Positions 1 through 9,755 of a stretch of DNA of 64,000 nt are shown one piece after another. The stretch comes from Euglena gracilis (taxonomy: Eukaryota). The stretch covers positions 22,394,954-22,458,953 of the forward strand of contig CP154954.1 in the NCBI GenBank assembly GCA_039621445.1, in the 5' to 3' direction. The position numbers and the translations under genes were made by a program. Position 1 is the first letter of the stretch. Each line of letters opens with the position of its first letter. The notes under the pieces are model-generated. The model was given only the letters and a program-made list of their open reading frames with translations, did no database searches and was not told where the DNA came from.

Positions 1-214
1 TGGCTCACATCGGTTTCTCATTTTGAGACCCAAAGCAACTTATTTTAATCCTGGATGGTTTTATTTATTTTTGTTCTGAAGCAATGCAAGGTCCCCACGT
101 TGGGTGGTTTTTTTATGTATAAATTGTCAGGCTTTTCTTTTTAGAGAACTGATTTCACTTACAGACACGAATGGAGACAAAGAAAGGAGGTTAAAGAACG
201 ATGGCACTGGGATC

Positions 215-571
215 ATTTCCCCCAATACACCGCCTTTGCCCTTCCAGTCTGGGTTGACTGGGGATGATGGGTCCCCCGCCGGGGAAGGGGACTGTTGTCA
301 GTACTGTATCCTTTCAGAGTCCTGTCCTGGCATTTTCCTGGGGGGATTCCATTGGGCCGGCAATTTCCACCCCTTGAAGCAGAACTTATGAAGTGCAACG
401 GGGCAGGCGGTTGCCCCCCCTCCCTGTGCTCCGGCAGTCGGCTGGCCGGGGGCGTAAAGGGTCAATGGGCCTAGTTGATGCCATCCATCCTTGCGTTATT
501 TGCCACGCTGGTGGCCGATCAGTGCCGGCCGGCGCGGTTTTGACCTGGTTGTCCGCGCCACAGTTTGCGAG
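215..571 (+). CDS. Probable upstream exon(s) of host gene A (Pro-rich protein, unknown function); internal boundaries unresolved
   Basis: CTG-ggatc|A nonconventional-type 3' end at 214/215 opens ISPNTPPLPFQSGLTGDDGSPAG. Donor GCGAG|gtgagg at 571/572 is in phase with the exon at 1162. Confidence 0.35.
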
Positions 572-620
572 GTGAGGATTTATGGCACCCCCCCCCCCCT
601 GGCATTTCTTTTCACGCACC

Positions 621-1030
621 ACCCGGACCAGGCATTTGCTTAAGGGATTGCAGTACCCCCCCGGGGGGAGGCTGGACTGCAGCTAGTCCAAATTTGGCTA
701 GTGGGATTTCTAGCAGACCCCCCCCCCCCTGGGGGAGGTCTGCTAGCAGGGCTAGCTAGCGGAAAAAAAATTTCCAGTGACCGGCGCAAGGCGCCGATTT
801 TTTTTGGGACCCCCAAAATGGCCAAAAATGCCCGTTTTTGGCCATTTTTGGAACAAAATCAGCCAAAGACCTATTAAAAACCTCATTTTTCCAGTTCGGG
901 GGACCCCCAGACCCCCCTCCCCCCCGGGGGGGGGAGGGGGGTGTAGCTAGTCCATTTTTTCCAGTGTCTAGCCGATTGGCTAGCCAGTACCCCCCCCCCG
1001 GGGGTCCTTAAGCAAATGCCTGACCCGGAC
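621..1030. mobile_element. hAT-like MITE (629-1022) with 8-bp TSD, inside GT-AG intron 572-1161
   Basis: Perfect 17-bp TIR caggcatttgcttaagg/ccttaagcaaatgcctg. TSD acccggac at 621-628 and 1023-1030. Internal sequence recurs inverted at about 52080-53175. Confidence 0.9.
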
Positions 1031-1161
1031 ACTGAGACACCGGGAATCGCCAATTGATTCACAGAAAGGGGGGGGCACTCATCCAGCTGTTCAATATCTT
1101 CCCCAGGTCTGGGGAATATCTTTGGAGTCAATGCCCTGATTTTTGGCCACATGCCCCCCAG

Positions 1162-1563
1162 GGCGCATGGAAACGAAGAAGTGGTCGAAGGCACGGACCT
1201 CATCCTTGTAATTCCGTCAGCCCGCCCCGGAGACTTTTTGCCTGTCGACCCCCCTCCCGATGGGGAAGCGAACCTTGCTGGATGCCTGCCACCCGAAGTG
1301 GCCCCGAACCCCCTGCCCATCCTCGGCTGGCCGACCCGCCCTGCCCCCGGGCTCTCCTGCGGCTGCCTGGCGTGGGCCGTGGACTCCGCCCGCCGCCCGA
1401 CGTACCGCGCGGCGGCCCACCTCAAGCCCACCGGGCCGTCGTACAACACGTTCGGGGACGACGGCGCCGCCTCCGCCGGCTACCGCAGCGCCGCTGGCAG
1501 CGAGACGGCGACGGCGGGCCCGGGGGAGTCTGTGGCGACCTGTGGGGGGCGGTGCCTGCTCGG
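1162..1563 (+). CDS. Host gene A exon
   Basis: Acceptor ccccag|G, open frame (AHGNEEVV...DSARRPTYRAAAHLKPTGPSYNTFGDD...), very high GC3, phase-compatible with both neighbours. Confidence 0.65.
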
Positions 1564-1881
1564 AGGCAGTGGGTTGGCGGATGTGGACCGTGCGCCGAAT
1601 GCGGACCGTGCGCCGAATGCGGACCAGTGAATGACCCCCGTCCGCGGCGTTTGAGGCTTTGTGGACGGTTGGGCCGTGGCTCGAAACAGTGTGGCTTCAG
1701 TGCCAAGGCCAGCCTCATTTTCCAATTCAAGCGCAGCTGCGTGCAAATGCTGAAGCTACCAGATCGCTTCGGAGTCAATGCAACTGTCAGTGAGTTTTTG
1801 GCCGACAATCTCGACAAAGATACTCACTGCGAAACCGCAAGTACGACAATTTTTCAGGTGGATGCCAGACAGACTGCCAAG

Positions 1882-2064
1882 TTTGCCATCCTTACCACCA
1901 ACACCTGATGCAGGTACGCCGATTCTGGATACACACAACGTCGTTCTGACCACCGTGGCTGGCCGCAAACAAACCCATTCTTTTCGTTCGGAACCCAGGG
2001 CACCGCCTCCGACCTGCCTGTCCGGGGATCCAATGTCAATACTGGTGTCCTCTAATGGACCCTC
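1882..2064 (+). CDS. Host gene A exon
   Basis: Flanked by introns 1564-1881 (aggCAG...CTGccaag) and 2065-2340 (ggcCAGggcctccca...tgggggccCTGccggc). Frame continuous (LPSLPPTPDAG...SSNGPS). Confidence 0.55.
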
Positions 2065-2340
2065 GGCCAGGGCCTCCCACTGTCCATCATTCAGTCATCC
2101 CTTCCAAAAGCTAATTGTCGGTATTGTTGCTAATTCTTGGAAGTATGGGTGAATCCCCCACCCCTGTGCTTGACGACCACCACCAGTCTCTTGGCTGTTG
2201 GCCGCATGTCTCTCTTTTCTTGTGGGCAGCCCAGCCCCCCCCCCCTTTCCCACCCCCCTCGACCCAAAGCCAACGCTCTCCCCACCCCTTCCTCAAATCG
2301 CATGGGGCTCATGACTGGTTATCCTGGGGGCCCTGCCGGC

Positions 2341-2511
2341 GCTGGCGGACGGCCCCCACCCTGAGCCGGAGCCGGAGCCGGAGCCCCTTCCCCCATCCCC
2401 GCCCACCTCCCCCGCCGCCGGCGTGCCCGACGCCGAGTCTGCCCTCTCCAGCCCCCCGCTGCCGGCCAGCGCCGCCGCGTCCCCATCCGAGACGGCATCG
2501 CCGTTCGCCCC
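2341..2511 (+). CDS. Host gene A exon (LADGPHPEPEPEPEPLPPSPP...)
   Basis: High GC3, with nonconventional intron borders on both sides in correct phase. Confidence 0.7.
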
Positions 2512-2594
2512 GCCCAGCTGATGGCTTGCTGCTGGCCCCCTGACCACCCTGACAGTGCCAGAGACTGGCGAATGAAGTGACGGGGTCCATGGCT

Positions 2595-2937
2595 TACCCC
2601 CCCCCCCCTATGTCCAATGACCACCCCCCCGGTCAGAGGACACCTTTTCGGAGGTTTGGCCAAATTTTTGGTCCCGGCGTGAAGCGACGGGACGAAAAAT
2701 TTTGCCCAAAAATTGGCTAAAAATTTGTCCAAAATGCCATTTTTGACTTTTTTGGACAAAAATTTGTCAAAATTGCCCAAAATTTTCGGCGCGAAGCGCC
2801 CGAAGGGAAAATTTGGGCATTTTTGGATGGGTAGGGACCCGGGTACCCACCAACTTTCTTTTGACCCCATGTCCAACGACCACCCCCCCGGTCAGAGAAC
2901 AGAGGTTACCGGTCATTGGACATAGGGGGGGGGGGTA
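2595..2937. mobile_element. MITE with TA-flanked TIRs (Tc1/mariner-like) inside intron 2512-3179
   Basis: TIRs TA-C(n)-tatgtccaatgacc (2595-2622) and ggtcattggacata-G(n)-TA (2911-2937). Confidence 0.7.
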
Positions 2938-3179
2938 GTGCGATGCGGGTGAACAGATGCCAGTGCAGGGAACTCAATTCACCGCACTCACATTATTGTG
3001 TGTACCCGCCTGGATTTGTTGGTTTACTGGCCTTTCTCTCGCCACCAATGCCAAGACACAGCACGTGGAAAAGAACCTGCCAGTGACACTTGCATGCACA
3101 CGCGCGTTCAAGTGCCAGTGTTCCAGTGCCCTCAATACTTGCCGGAAGAGCTCGACTGACACAAGTGCCGGCTGCCCCC

Positions 3180-3300
3180 GCCCGCCCCGTCCAGTGAGGC
3201 CCTGGCGGCGGTGGACCCGATGGACCTCCTCTCCCCCCCCTACCCCGCCTCCCAAACGTCCGGGGAGAGGGAGCCCTTCCCCTCCACCGTGTCCTCTGCC
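3180..3300 (+). CDS. Host gene A exon (PAPSSEALAAVDPMDLLSPPY...)
   Basis: Borders CTGccccc|G and C|gctCAG. Frame continuous with the flanking exons. Confidence 0.7.
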
Positions 3301-3581
3301 GCTCAGGCCCACCCCCTCCCTGGGGCAAGGGGTTTTTTTTAGTCTTGGACCCCCGGGGGGGAGGGTGGGTGGGTCTGGCCGAGCCCCCCCCCCCCCCCCG
3401 GGGTGTCCCCCTAGAGGGGGGTGGGATAAACTTTTTGGCGCCGAAGGTGACGAAAATTTTGAAAAGGTGCTGTTTTTTTTAGCATTTTTTTTTGCCATTT
3501 TCGGGGAAAAGTTAGTGGGTCCCCCTCCCCAAAATGGCCTCTCCGGTCCCAGGTCGTTGGGGTTCGGTGCGGCCTGGTCCT

Positions 3582-3662
3582 AACGCCACCCCGCGGCTTC
3601 AGCCTCCGCCCGACGAGCCGCCGTCCCCGCCGTTCCCTGGCCGCCCACCATTGACTAATGCT
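3582..3662 (+). CDS. Host gene A exon (NATPRLQPPPDEPPSPPFPG...)
   Basis: Borders CTGgtcct|A and T|ggaCAG. Downstream exons at 3.8-4.05 kb are ambiguous. Confidence 0.6.
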
Positions 3663-5879
3663 GGACAGCCCCCCGAGCCCCCCTCCCCTCCAGCCTGACA
3701 GTGCCGCGAGTGTCCAATGAGTCGAGGCCAGACTTTGTTTGGGGTGGCCGTGGCTGATTGGTCGATGGTGTTTCGTGTCTTTCCAAAAGTGCGGGGGGGG
3801 GGCTGAGGAGGACGTTTGGTCTGCAGCCCATTGCGGTGTGGACAGTATTGGGGGCCCCTTAATCGCCCCGAAGGTCCCCCAGATTGCCAATCCATCTGCC
3901 CTTTTATTGTCGTCGCACGGCTCGGGATGGCTTGTGCGGCGGTCCTGCCAGCCCCGACACATTCGGCGTTCGCCACACCAGAAGGTGGCACCAATCCGCC
4001 CTCCCCCCCATGTACTCCACTGTCCCCTCCTGTCGGGGCGAGCTGATCCTCTTTACACTTACTTGAATTTCTTGTGCTACATTTTCTTTTGCTTGGCCGA
4101 GAAAGTGTCGTCGGGCCGTTGGGACACATTTTGTTGTTTGGTGCACTTGGAGAGTTTTGCCTGGGGAACCTGGTGCATTCCATTTCGGAGAGAAGTCTGC
4201 CTTTGGCACATCAATGCCAAACGGTGCCAATCAGTACCAACGCCAGAGCAAGTTATTTCCCCCAGGTCCGATTTTCAGCACCAAAAATATGGAAGAATAA
4301 TAAAAAAAATCCATGACACATTTCCAGAATTTTTTTCCAAAATTTTTTTTGTCAGAAAAGAAAACTGAAAAAGAGGGTAGTGGTTGAGTAATTTTTGACG
4401 CCAATTTTGCTCAAACAATCAGCATCCACGGACTGGGAGCCCGGGCTCGCACTCCCTCGAGGAAAGCCGACCAGGGAGGAAGGGACACCGAGGGCGAAGC
4501 ACAAAGACATTGTGAGGCCATGCCTTGCTCGCCGGCGGTCTGTTGTGATTGTTTTGGTGCGCTGTTAGGAGGTACAGCTTAGTGCCGCCTCTCCCCTCTC
4601 CCGAGTTGGCTTCATTGTCTCCGACGTGGCGAGCATGGCGCTGTTTCTGTGCCTGGGGGGGTCCCTGGGGTAATCGAGGGCGATTGAAGACAAATTTTCT
4701 TTCTGCCGACCGAGGGCATTTGAGCACAATTTTGCTTTTACGGGTGGGGGGGGGTCGGGCTCAAAATGTCTTTGTGCTTCGCCCTCGGTGTCCCTTCCTC
4801 CCTGGTCGGCTTTCCTCGAGGGAGAACGAGACACCCCAGGCTCCGCACTTTTTGCCTGTGAGGCCAGATTTTGCACCGAAAAAAGGGGGGCCAGGGCATT
4901 CCCCAAAGCACCTTTGGGCACAAATCTTTGATAGTGGGCTTTGAAAGCCTCCACGCCCTTCCGCTGACCAATTTCAAAAACTTCTTGGGCAGAAAGGCCC
5001 ATTTTTTTGAGTAAACCAACCCCTTCCCCTCTGGTGGAGTGGGGTCCCCACACCTGGGGGGGATACCAAATGCTTGGCCAAAAAGTTTGGTTATAGAAGC
5101 AATGGCATCAACCTTAATATTTTCATGGGGGGGTTTTAATGAAATCAGAAGGCCCCCAGGTTTCACAAAGAAACGTGGTGCTTCAACATAAGACATCATC
5201 AAATGACAGGGACTGATTTGGGGGCACTGGGGAATAGAGACAACTCTCTCTCCCACTTGTGAATTTTTTGACCTTTACGTTTGATTTTGATGTAGGGTGC
5301 CCCCCCCCAACATGCTGGTGATTCTTTGGACCGGTGCCAAGTCAGACGATCGATATAAACAGAGGATTTTCGGACTCCCACGACAGAGGAAGGGGGAGGA
5401 AGGGACCAAGAGGGCGAAGCACAAGAAGATGGTGAGGTCCTGCTTTCCTTGCTGGCTGTTCTGTTCTGTGTTTGTGCGTGCGCGGGGGGTGCTTCTTACT
5501 GCGCCTTTGTTGCCGGAGTTGGCGATGATGAGGCCTCCTCCGACACCTTGGCGAAGCTGAACCGTCGTGGCCCCGCCCCCCCCCCCCCCCCTCTCCCCCA
5601 TGGTCGCTTGGTGGCCCCCCCCCCCCTCGATGAGGATGGTTGTCTCTTTCTGGTGTGTTCCTGGGTGGGTGGTTGGGGCTTCTTGGTTGGGGGTCCCCTT
5701 TCTGGTTGGGATGTCTTTCTTTTTCTGCTGATTTTTTGGGTGGGAGGGTTGGGCTCACCGTCTTCTTGTGCTTCGCCCTCTTGGTCCCTTCCTCCCCCTT
5801 CCTCTGTCGTGGGAGTCCGAGACCATTCGGGCTCCGCACTGCGAGATGGTGAGGTACTGTGCACCCCCCTTTGGGCCAT

Positions 5880-6830
5880 AATATTTTGAATTTTTGATAC
5901 GACCCCAAGCAAATAATGGGCTTGGAAGGCCCAAAAATTTTTCCACTGACCCAGCTGCTGGACTTCTTCCACTTGCAAACCAGCATTTTTCCACCATAAA
6001 ACCCCAGCCCCTCTGGTGGTGTGGGGTTTCCAGTGGGTGGTGTCCACCCCCCCCCTCTTGCAGAATTTCTCTGGTAAGGGAATTCACCCTTTCTGATGTC
6101 AAAGGTCTTTTACCATCCAAAGACCATAACAAATTATTTTTGTTCCCAATCATGTGTGCTGTCCTTTCCACATATTCTTTCAATAAATGCCAGGGGCTGA
6201 TGAGGGGGGTGTGTGGCAAATTCAAAATCTCCTCCCATCTTGGGAATTGCCTCCCTTTCCTTTGCAATAAAATGAAAATTTTTTCTCCCACGAAACTGAT
6301 TTTCCGCTGTGTCCTGGCTAAATCAACCCCCCTGTGGAGGGCCAACAGCCTCCAACAGATGATGAGTCTGTTTCTGAGCTCTTTCACAGACAGGTCTGAG
6401 AGGGGTTTGGATTTCCTGATGATGTTTTCTAAGAAATCAGTGGGGTCCCAGAAATGGGCATACTTGCAGACATTGGAATTCCACTTCCTTTTCAATGGAG
6501 ACAAAAGAGGGGAAAACCTCAATGACCCAAACCCTGGGAGTAATAAAACTGCTGCATATGCATTTCGTGCAGTGTTGAGGCTGTGGGCAGCCAGATCAAG
6601 GATGGCCTCGGCCATCTTGTGGACTGTGCAGTCCTGCAGGGGCACCCCTTTGTGCAGCAATTGGCCCATCAAAGTCCTGAAGGCTGAGTCATATCTTTTG
6701 ACATTTCCCAGATTTTTTATGTAAGTATCGATACTGGACATCGAAACTTTCTGGGATTGTAATATTTGCCTGACACAATCAAGCAGGCCAAATTCCACCT
6801 TGGGGGGGGCATCTCCTCCCCCCAGCAGTT
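5880..6830 (-). CDS. Tyrosine recombinase of DIRS element A (frameshift in a C/G run near 6050)
   Basis: Catalytic set LHRGVDL ... PHTTRG ... GQWK ... HYL. Confidence 0.85.
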
Positions 6831-9748
6831 GGTGAACAGACCCCACTGGGGGGGGGGGTACTAGCAAAACCTTGCTGCCTGCCTGCCTGATTGACATTAA
6901 TTGGCGCCACCATGATGTCGAAGCCCAGGGGGGTACGATCAACAGACAAATTTGGTCTGGGTTTAACATTAATCTCTGAACCCATTGGGGAATGATGCTC
7001 CAGGGGGGGGTTTGCATAAACTGGGGGGAGGCCCCTCAAATCTGCCTTCAAGGCATCCACCAGCAAAGCCCCTTGGTGGGGGTATCGACAAACAAACTTG
7101 GGGAATTTTTTGTTGCTGGGTGTGCAAAACATGTCCACCTCTGGGGTGATTTCCTTTCTGAAAAACTGAAGAATTTGGTTGTTCTTTTGCTCCCTGGTCA
7201 GGGAGTCTGCCAATTGCTCCTTTGTGGGAACCCAAACCACCTGCAAATTGATTTGCTTTTCTTGGCAATGATACAGCAGGGGTTTTAAGATGGAATTTAG
7301 GTATGGTTTTTTGCCTCCCCATTTTGTTAAATAACTTACAGCCACCTGGCTGTCAACGTGGGGCACAATTGTTTGTTTTGGTTTGGCTAGTGCCTTTACT
7401 GTTTCCACTGCAGCCTGCAACTCTTTTTGATTGATATGAAGGACATGCAGGTCCCTCCAAAAATCCTGCACTTTTTTGCCTGAAGCTTTGTCCATCCCCC
7501 CCCACTGCCAGGTGCTGCTGTCCGAAAAGAGCTCCTGAGAGGCCTGGGACTGAAATGCCCTGCCCACACCTGGCTGTAAAAAGGCTTTTAACTCCACAAT
7601 TTGATCTTTGACCCCCTGGGGAATGGTCAGGGTGTGGTCCCAACCCCACTTTGTGTGCAAATCCACCATTTTGCAAAGTTGATCTGTCAGAATTCTGAGA
7701 AATGGCATTGAAACTAAATAGCTTCTGACTTGTCCCACAATAGAACTGAGTTTTCTGCAGCTCATTTTCTGTGCTGTGAGCACTTTGCCCAGATCCTTTC
7801 CTAAGGATTTTAGTTTTTCCTGAGGAATTTCCAATTGGCCTTTTTTCAAATTGATCCATTGGCCCAAATGTTTTATTTCCTGTGTGGGTTCCAGACAGGA
7901 TTTGGGGAGGTTTAATCTGAAACCTGCCAGTAAAAGGTCTGTTTTTACTTCTGCCAAATGTTGGGCTGCTGTCTTTTTGCTGGGGGCTAACAGCAAAATG
8001 TCGTCCAGGTAGATGAAAACTACCTTGCCTTCCTTTCTCCATTTTCTTTCCCAGACTCTCATAAGAGTCATAAATTTTTGTGGCAGGCTGCTTATACCAA
8101 AGCATGCAGCTTGAAATTGCCACTGGGCCCCCCGCACCTGCATGCACACATGTTTTTCCAGACTGCTGTGCAGTTTTAAGTGGAAATATGCATCTTTCAG
8201 GTCTATTTTTCCACAGAACCAACCTTTTCTTAGATATGGGAAGATGTTTCCCATGTGTTCCAATCTGAATTTCTGGGGGGTGAAATGGAGATTTAACTGT
8301 CGACAATCTGAAATCAGTCTTTCCTTGGTCTTTTCCCCTTCCTTTTTGGAAATGATAAAATAAGGGACAAAATGTTTTGCCTCCTGTGGGGTGATTTGCC
8401 TGGTTTCCCCTGCACATTCGTATTCTCTCAGAATTTTCTGGGCAGTCCTTATTTCTTGGGGAGTTTTGAAGGGAACTTTTAAGGACATCTGAGGGGGGAG
8501 GGGAAGATCTGCCCTGACCCCTTCCCTTATCAGGTTTAATACCTCTGTGCTGGCTCCTGCCTCGACCCAATGGGGGATGCTGGCCTGCAGGGCCCTGTAG
8601 GGGGGCACCCCTGGGTATAATGTGTCTGGGGATTCCACAGGCCCCATCACTGGGGTCCTTTCCCCTGGCTGCCCCATCACTGGGGTCCATTCCCCTGGCT
8701 GCCCCATCACTGGGGTTGCCTCTGTCCCTGCCATAGGGCTGCTCAAAGACAGGCTTTCCCACTGTTTTTGAAAGATGCGGGAAGGTCTGTGGTGAGGTAC
8801 ATATAATGCTGGGGGGTGAGGGCTGATTACCTTCTGGGGGGGCCCTGGTGTAGCCAATCTTGGGCTTCCCCCCCAAGGGCTGGTATCTTGAATGTATTGG
8901 CCTTCAGTGGCCATCTGAATTTGCTTGAAATGGCCTCCATTGGCCTTGATATCTTGATTGTAATGGCCTCCATTGGCCTTCAGGGCCATCTGGCCTTCTT
9001 GGTCTCCATTGACCTTCTCTCCAGCACTTTTCTTGTGTCTTCTTTTTCCCTCTTGGTTCCCCAGATAAGCCACCATGGCTGAATTTCCCTGAGGGGTTTG
9101 ATGCCACCTGTCTTGGCTGTGGCTTGCTTCCCCTGGGGTGAATGATTTTGAGGGTTCTGGGGGGATAGTTGGACATACCTCTCCCCACTGGGGTCCCCTG
9201 CTGGGATTCTGGGTTCTGTGTCCTTGAGAATGGGCACCATGCCCTTTTGAATGATGGCTGCCATAGCCTTGGGCCCCAGGCCCTGTGGATAGATGGCCGC
9301 CATGGCCATTTTGAGGAGGGTTTCCACCTTCCTGACTTGAACCCTTTGAACTTGTCATATTTCCCCTGCCATAGGGGTGGGGATGAGAAGGGGGATGGGT
9401 AGTCTGCCAGACCTGTTTTTCCCGCTCCTGACAATGTTTCCTTGATTGATGACTGTGATGGGTCCCCATTACCCAATGGGCCTTGCCCTGGATGGCTCCT
9501 CTGACGCTTTGCTCTGACCACGAGTGTCCAGGGTCCATGGCCGTCACAAAAGCTTTGTTGAAAACAGGAAATTTCTGACGAACTGGTGGGCGGAAGGGTT
9601 GCGACGGCCACGGACGGACGTGTTGGCCCTGCTCCATCAGGTACTCCAGCGCCTGCAGTTCCTCGGTGTTTTCCAGCTTCGGCTGTCTGTCTTGAACGTC
9701 CTTGTGCTCCCACTTCCTCTTGACAGCTTGAAATTTTTTCCAGCACAT
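6779..9748 (-). CDS. DIRS pol: reverse transcriptase, RNase H, N6-adenine MTase-like (MT) domain
   Basis: KIDLKDAYFH, FQAACFG, YLDD. RNase H FSDSS/HINQKEL/DSQVA/ADSLTR. MT VDMF...YANPP, with two +1 shifts in G runs at about 7005 and 6850. Confidence 0.93.
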   Translation of the reverse strand: MCWKKFQAVKRKWEHKDVQDRQPKLENTEELQALEYLMEQGQHVRPWPSQPFRPPVRQKFPVFNKAFVTAMDPGHSWSEQSVRGAIQGKAHWVMGTHHSHQSRKHCQEREKQVWQTTHPPSHPHPYGRGNMTSSKGSSQEGGNPPQNGHGGHLSTGPGAQGYGSHHSKGHGAHSQGHRTQNPSRGPQWGEVCPTIPPEPSKSFTPGEASHSQDRWHQTPQGNSAMVAYLGNQEGKRRHKKSAGEKVNGDQEGQMALKANGGHYNQDIKANGGHFKQIQMATEGQYIQDTSPWGGSPRLATPGPPQKVISPHPPALYVPHHRPSRIFQKQWESLSLSSPMAGTEATPVMGQPGEWTPVMGQPGERTPVMGPVESPDTLYPGVPPYRALQASIPHWVEAGASTEVLNLIREGVRADLPLPPQMSLKVPFKTPQEIRTAQKILREYECAGETRQITPQEAKHFVPYFIISKKEGEKTKERLISDCRQLNLHFTPQKFRLEHMGNIFPYLRKGWFCGKIDLKDAYFHLKLHSSLEKHVCMQVRGAQWQFQAACFGISSLPQKFMTLMRVWERKWRKEGKVVFIYLDDILLLAPSKKTAAQHLAEVKTDLLLAGFRLNLPKSCLEPTQEIKHLGQWINLKKGQLEIPQEKLKSLGKDLGKVLTAQKMSCRKLSSIVGQVRSYLVSMPFLRILTDQLCKMVDLHTKWGWDHTLTIPQGVKDQIVELKAFLQPGVGRAFQSQASQELFSDSSTWQWGGMDKASGKKVQDFWRDLHVLHINQKELQAAVETVKALAKPKQTIVPHVDSQVAVSYLTKWGGKKPYLNSILKPLLYHCQEKQINLQVVWVPTKEQLADSLTREQKNNQILQFFRKEITPEVDMFCTPSNKKFPKFVCRYPHQGALLVDALKADLRGLPPVYANPPLEHHSPMGSEINVKPRPNLSVDRTPLGFDIMVAPINVNQAGRQQGFASTPPPSGVCSPTAGGRRCPPQGGIWPA

Positions 9749-9755
9749 CTTTCAT
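8904..9755 (-). CDS. DIRS gag-like ORF1 of element A
   Basis: First ORF after the left ITR (MKDVLEK...). GHGPW/WPWRP motifs are shared with the gag regions at 13.3-13.9 kb and 39.8-40.4 kb. Confidence 0.65.
   Translation of the reverse strand: MKDVLEKISSCQEEVGAQGRSRQTAEAGKHRGTAGAGVPDGAGPTRPSVAVATLPPTSSSEISCFQQSFCDGHGPWTLVVRAKRQRSHPGQGPLGNGDPSQSSIKETLSGAGKTGLADYPSPFSSPPLWQGKYDKFKGFKSGRWKPSSKWPWRPSIHRAWGPRLWQPSFKRAWCPFSRTQNPESQQGTPVGRGMSNYPPRTLKIIHPRGSKPQPRQVASNPSGKFSHGGLSGEPRGKKKTQEKCWREGQWRPRRPDGPEGQWRPLQSRYQGQWRPFQANSDGH

Noticed and set aside
1622-2322. Alternative nonconventional intron (gacCAGt...aCTGgttat)
   Set aside because: Ends pair, but consensus placement breaks the frame. The two-intron solution keeps phase.
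4453-5855. Spaced inverted repeats suggesting an invertible switch or CRISPR-like array
   Set aside because: Fully explained by the ICR and right-ITR extension of two nested DIRS elements. No repeat-spacer periodicity.
6040-7020. Programmed frameshifting at G/C runs
   Set aside because: Homopolymer slippage or sequencing error is simpler, since such runs are ubiquitous in the window.
6780-7150. Adenine MTase beside an RT as a novel defence system
   Set aside because: An MT domain after RNase H is an established DIRS1 feature. Only the Gypsy-linked MTs are flagged.
8640-8990. 30-bp and 33-bp tandem repeats as a possible array
   Set aside because: In-frame coding repeats within DIRS gag/pol, with no unique spacers.
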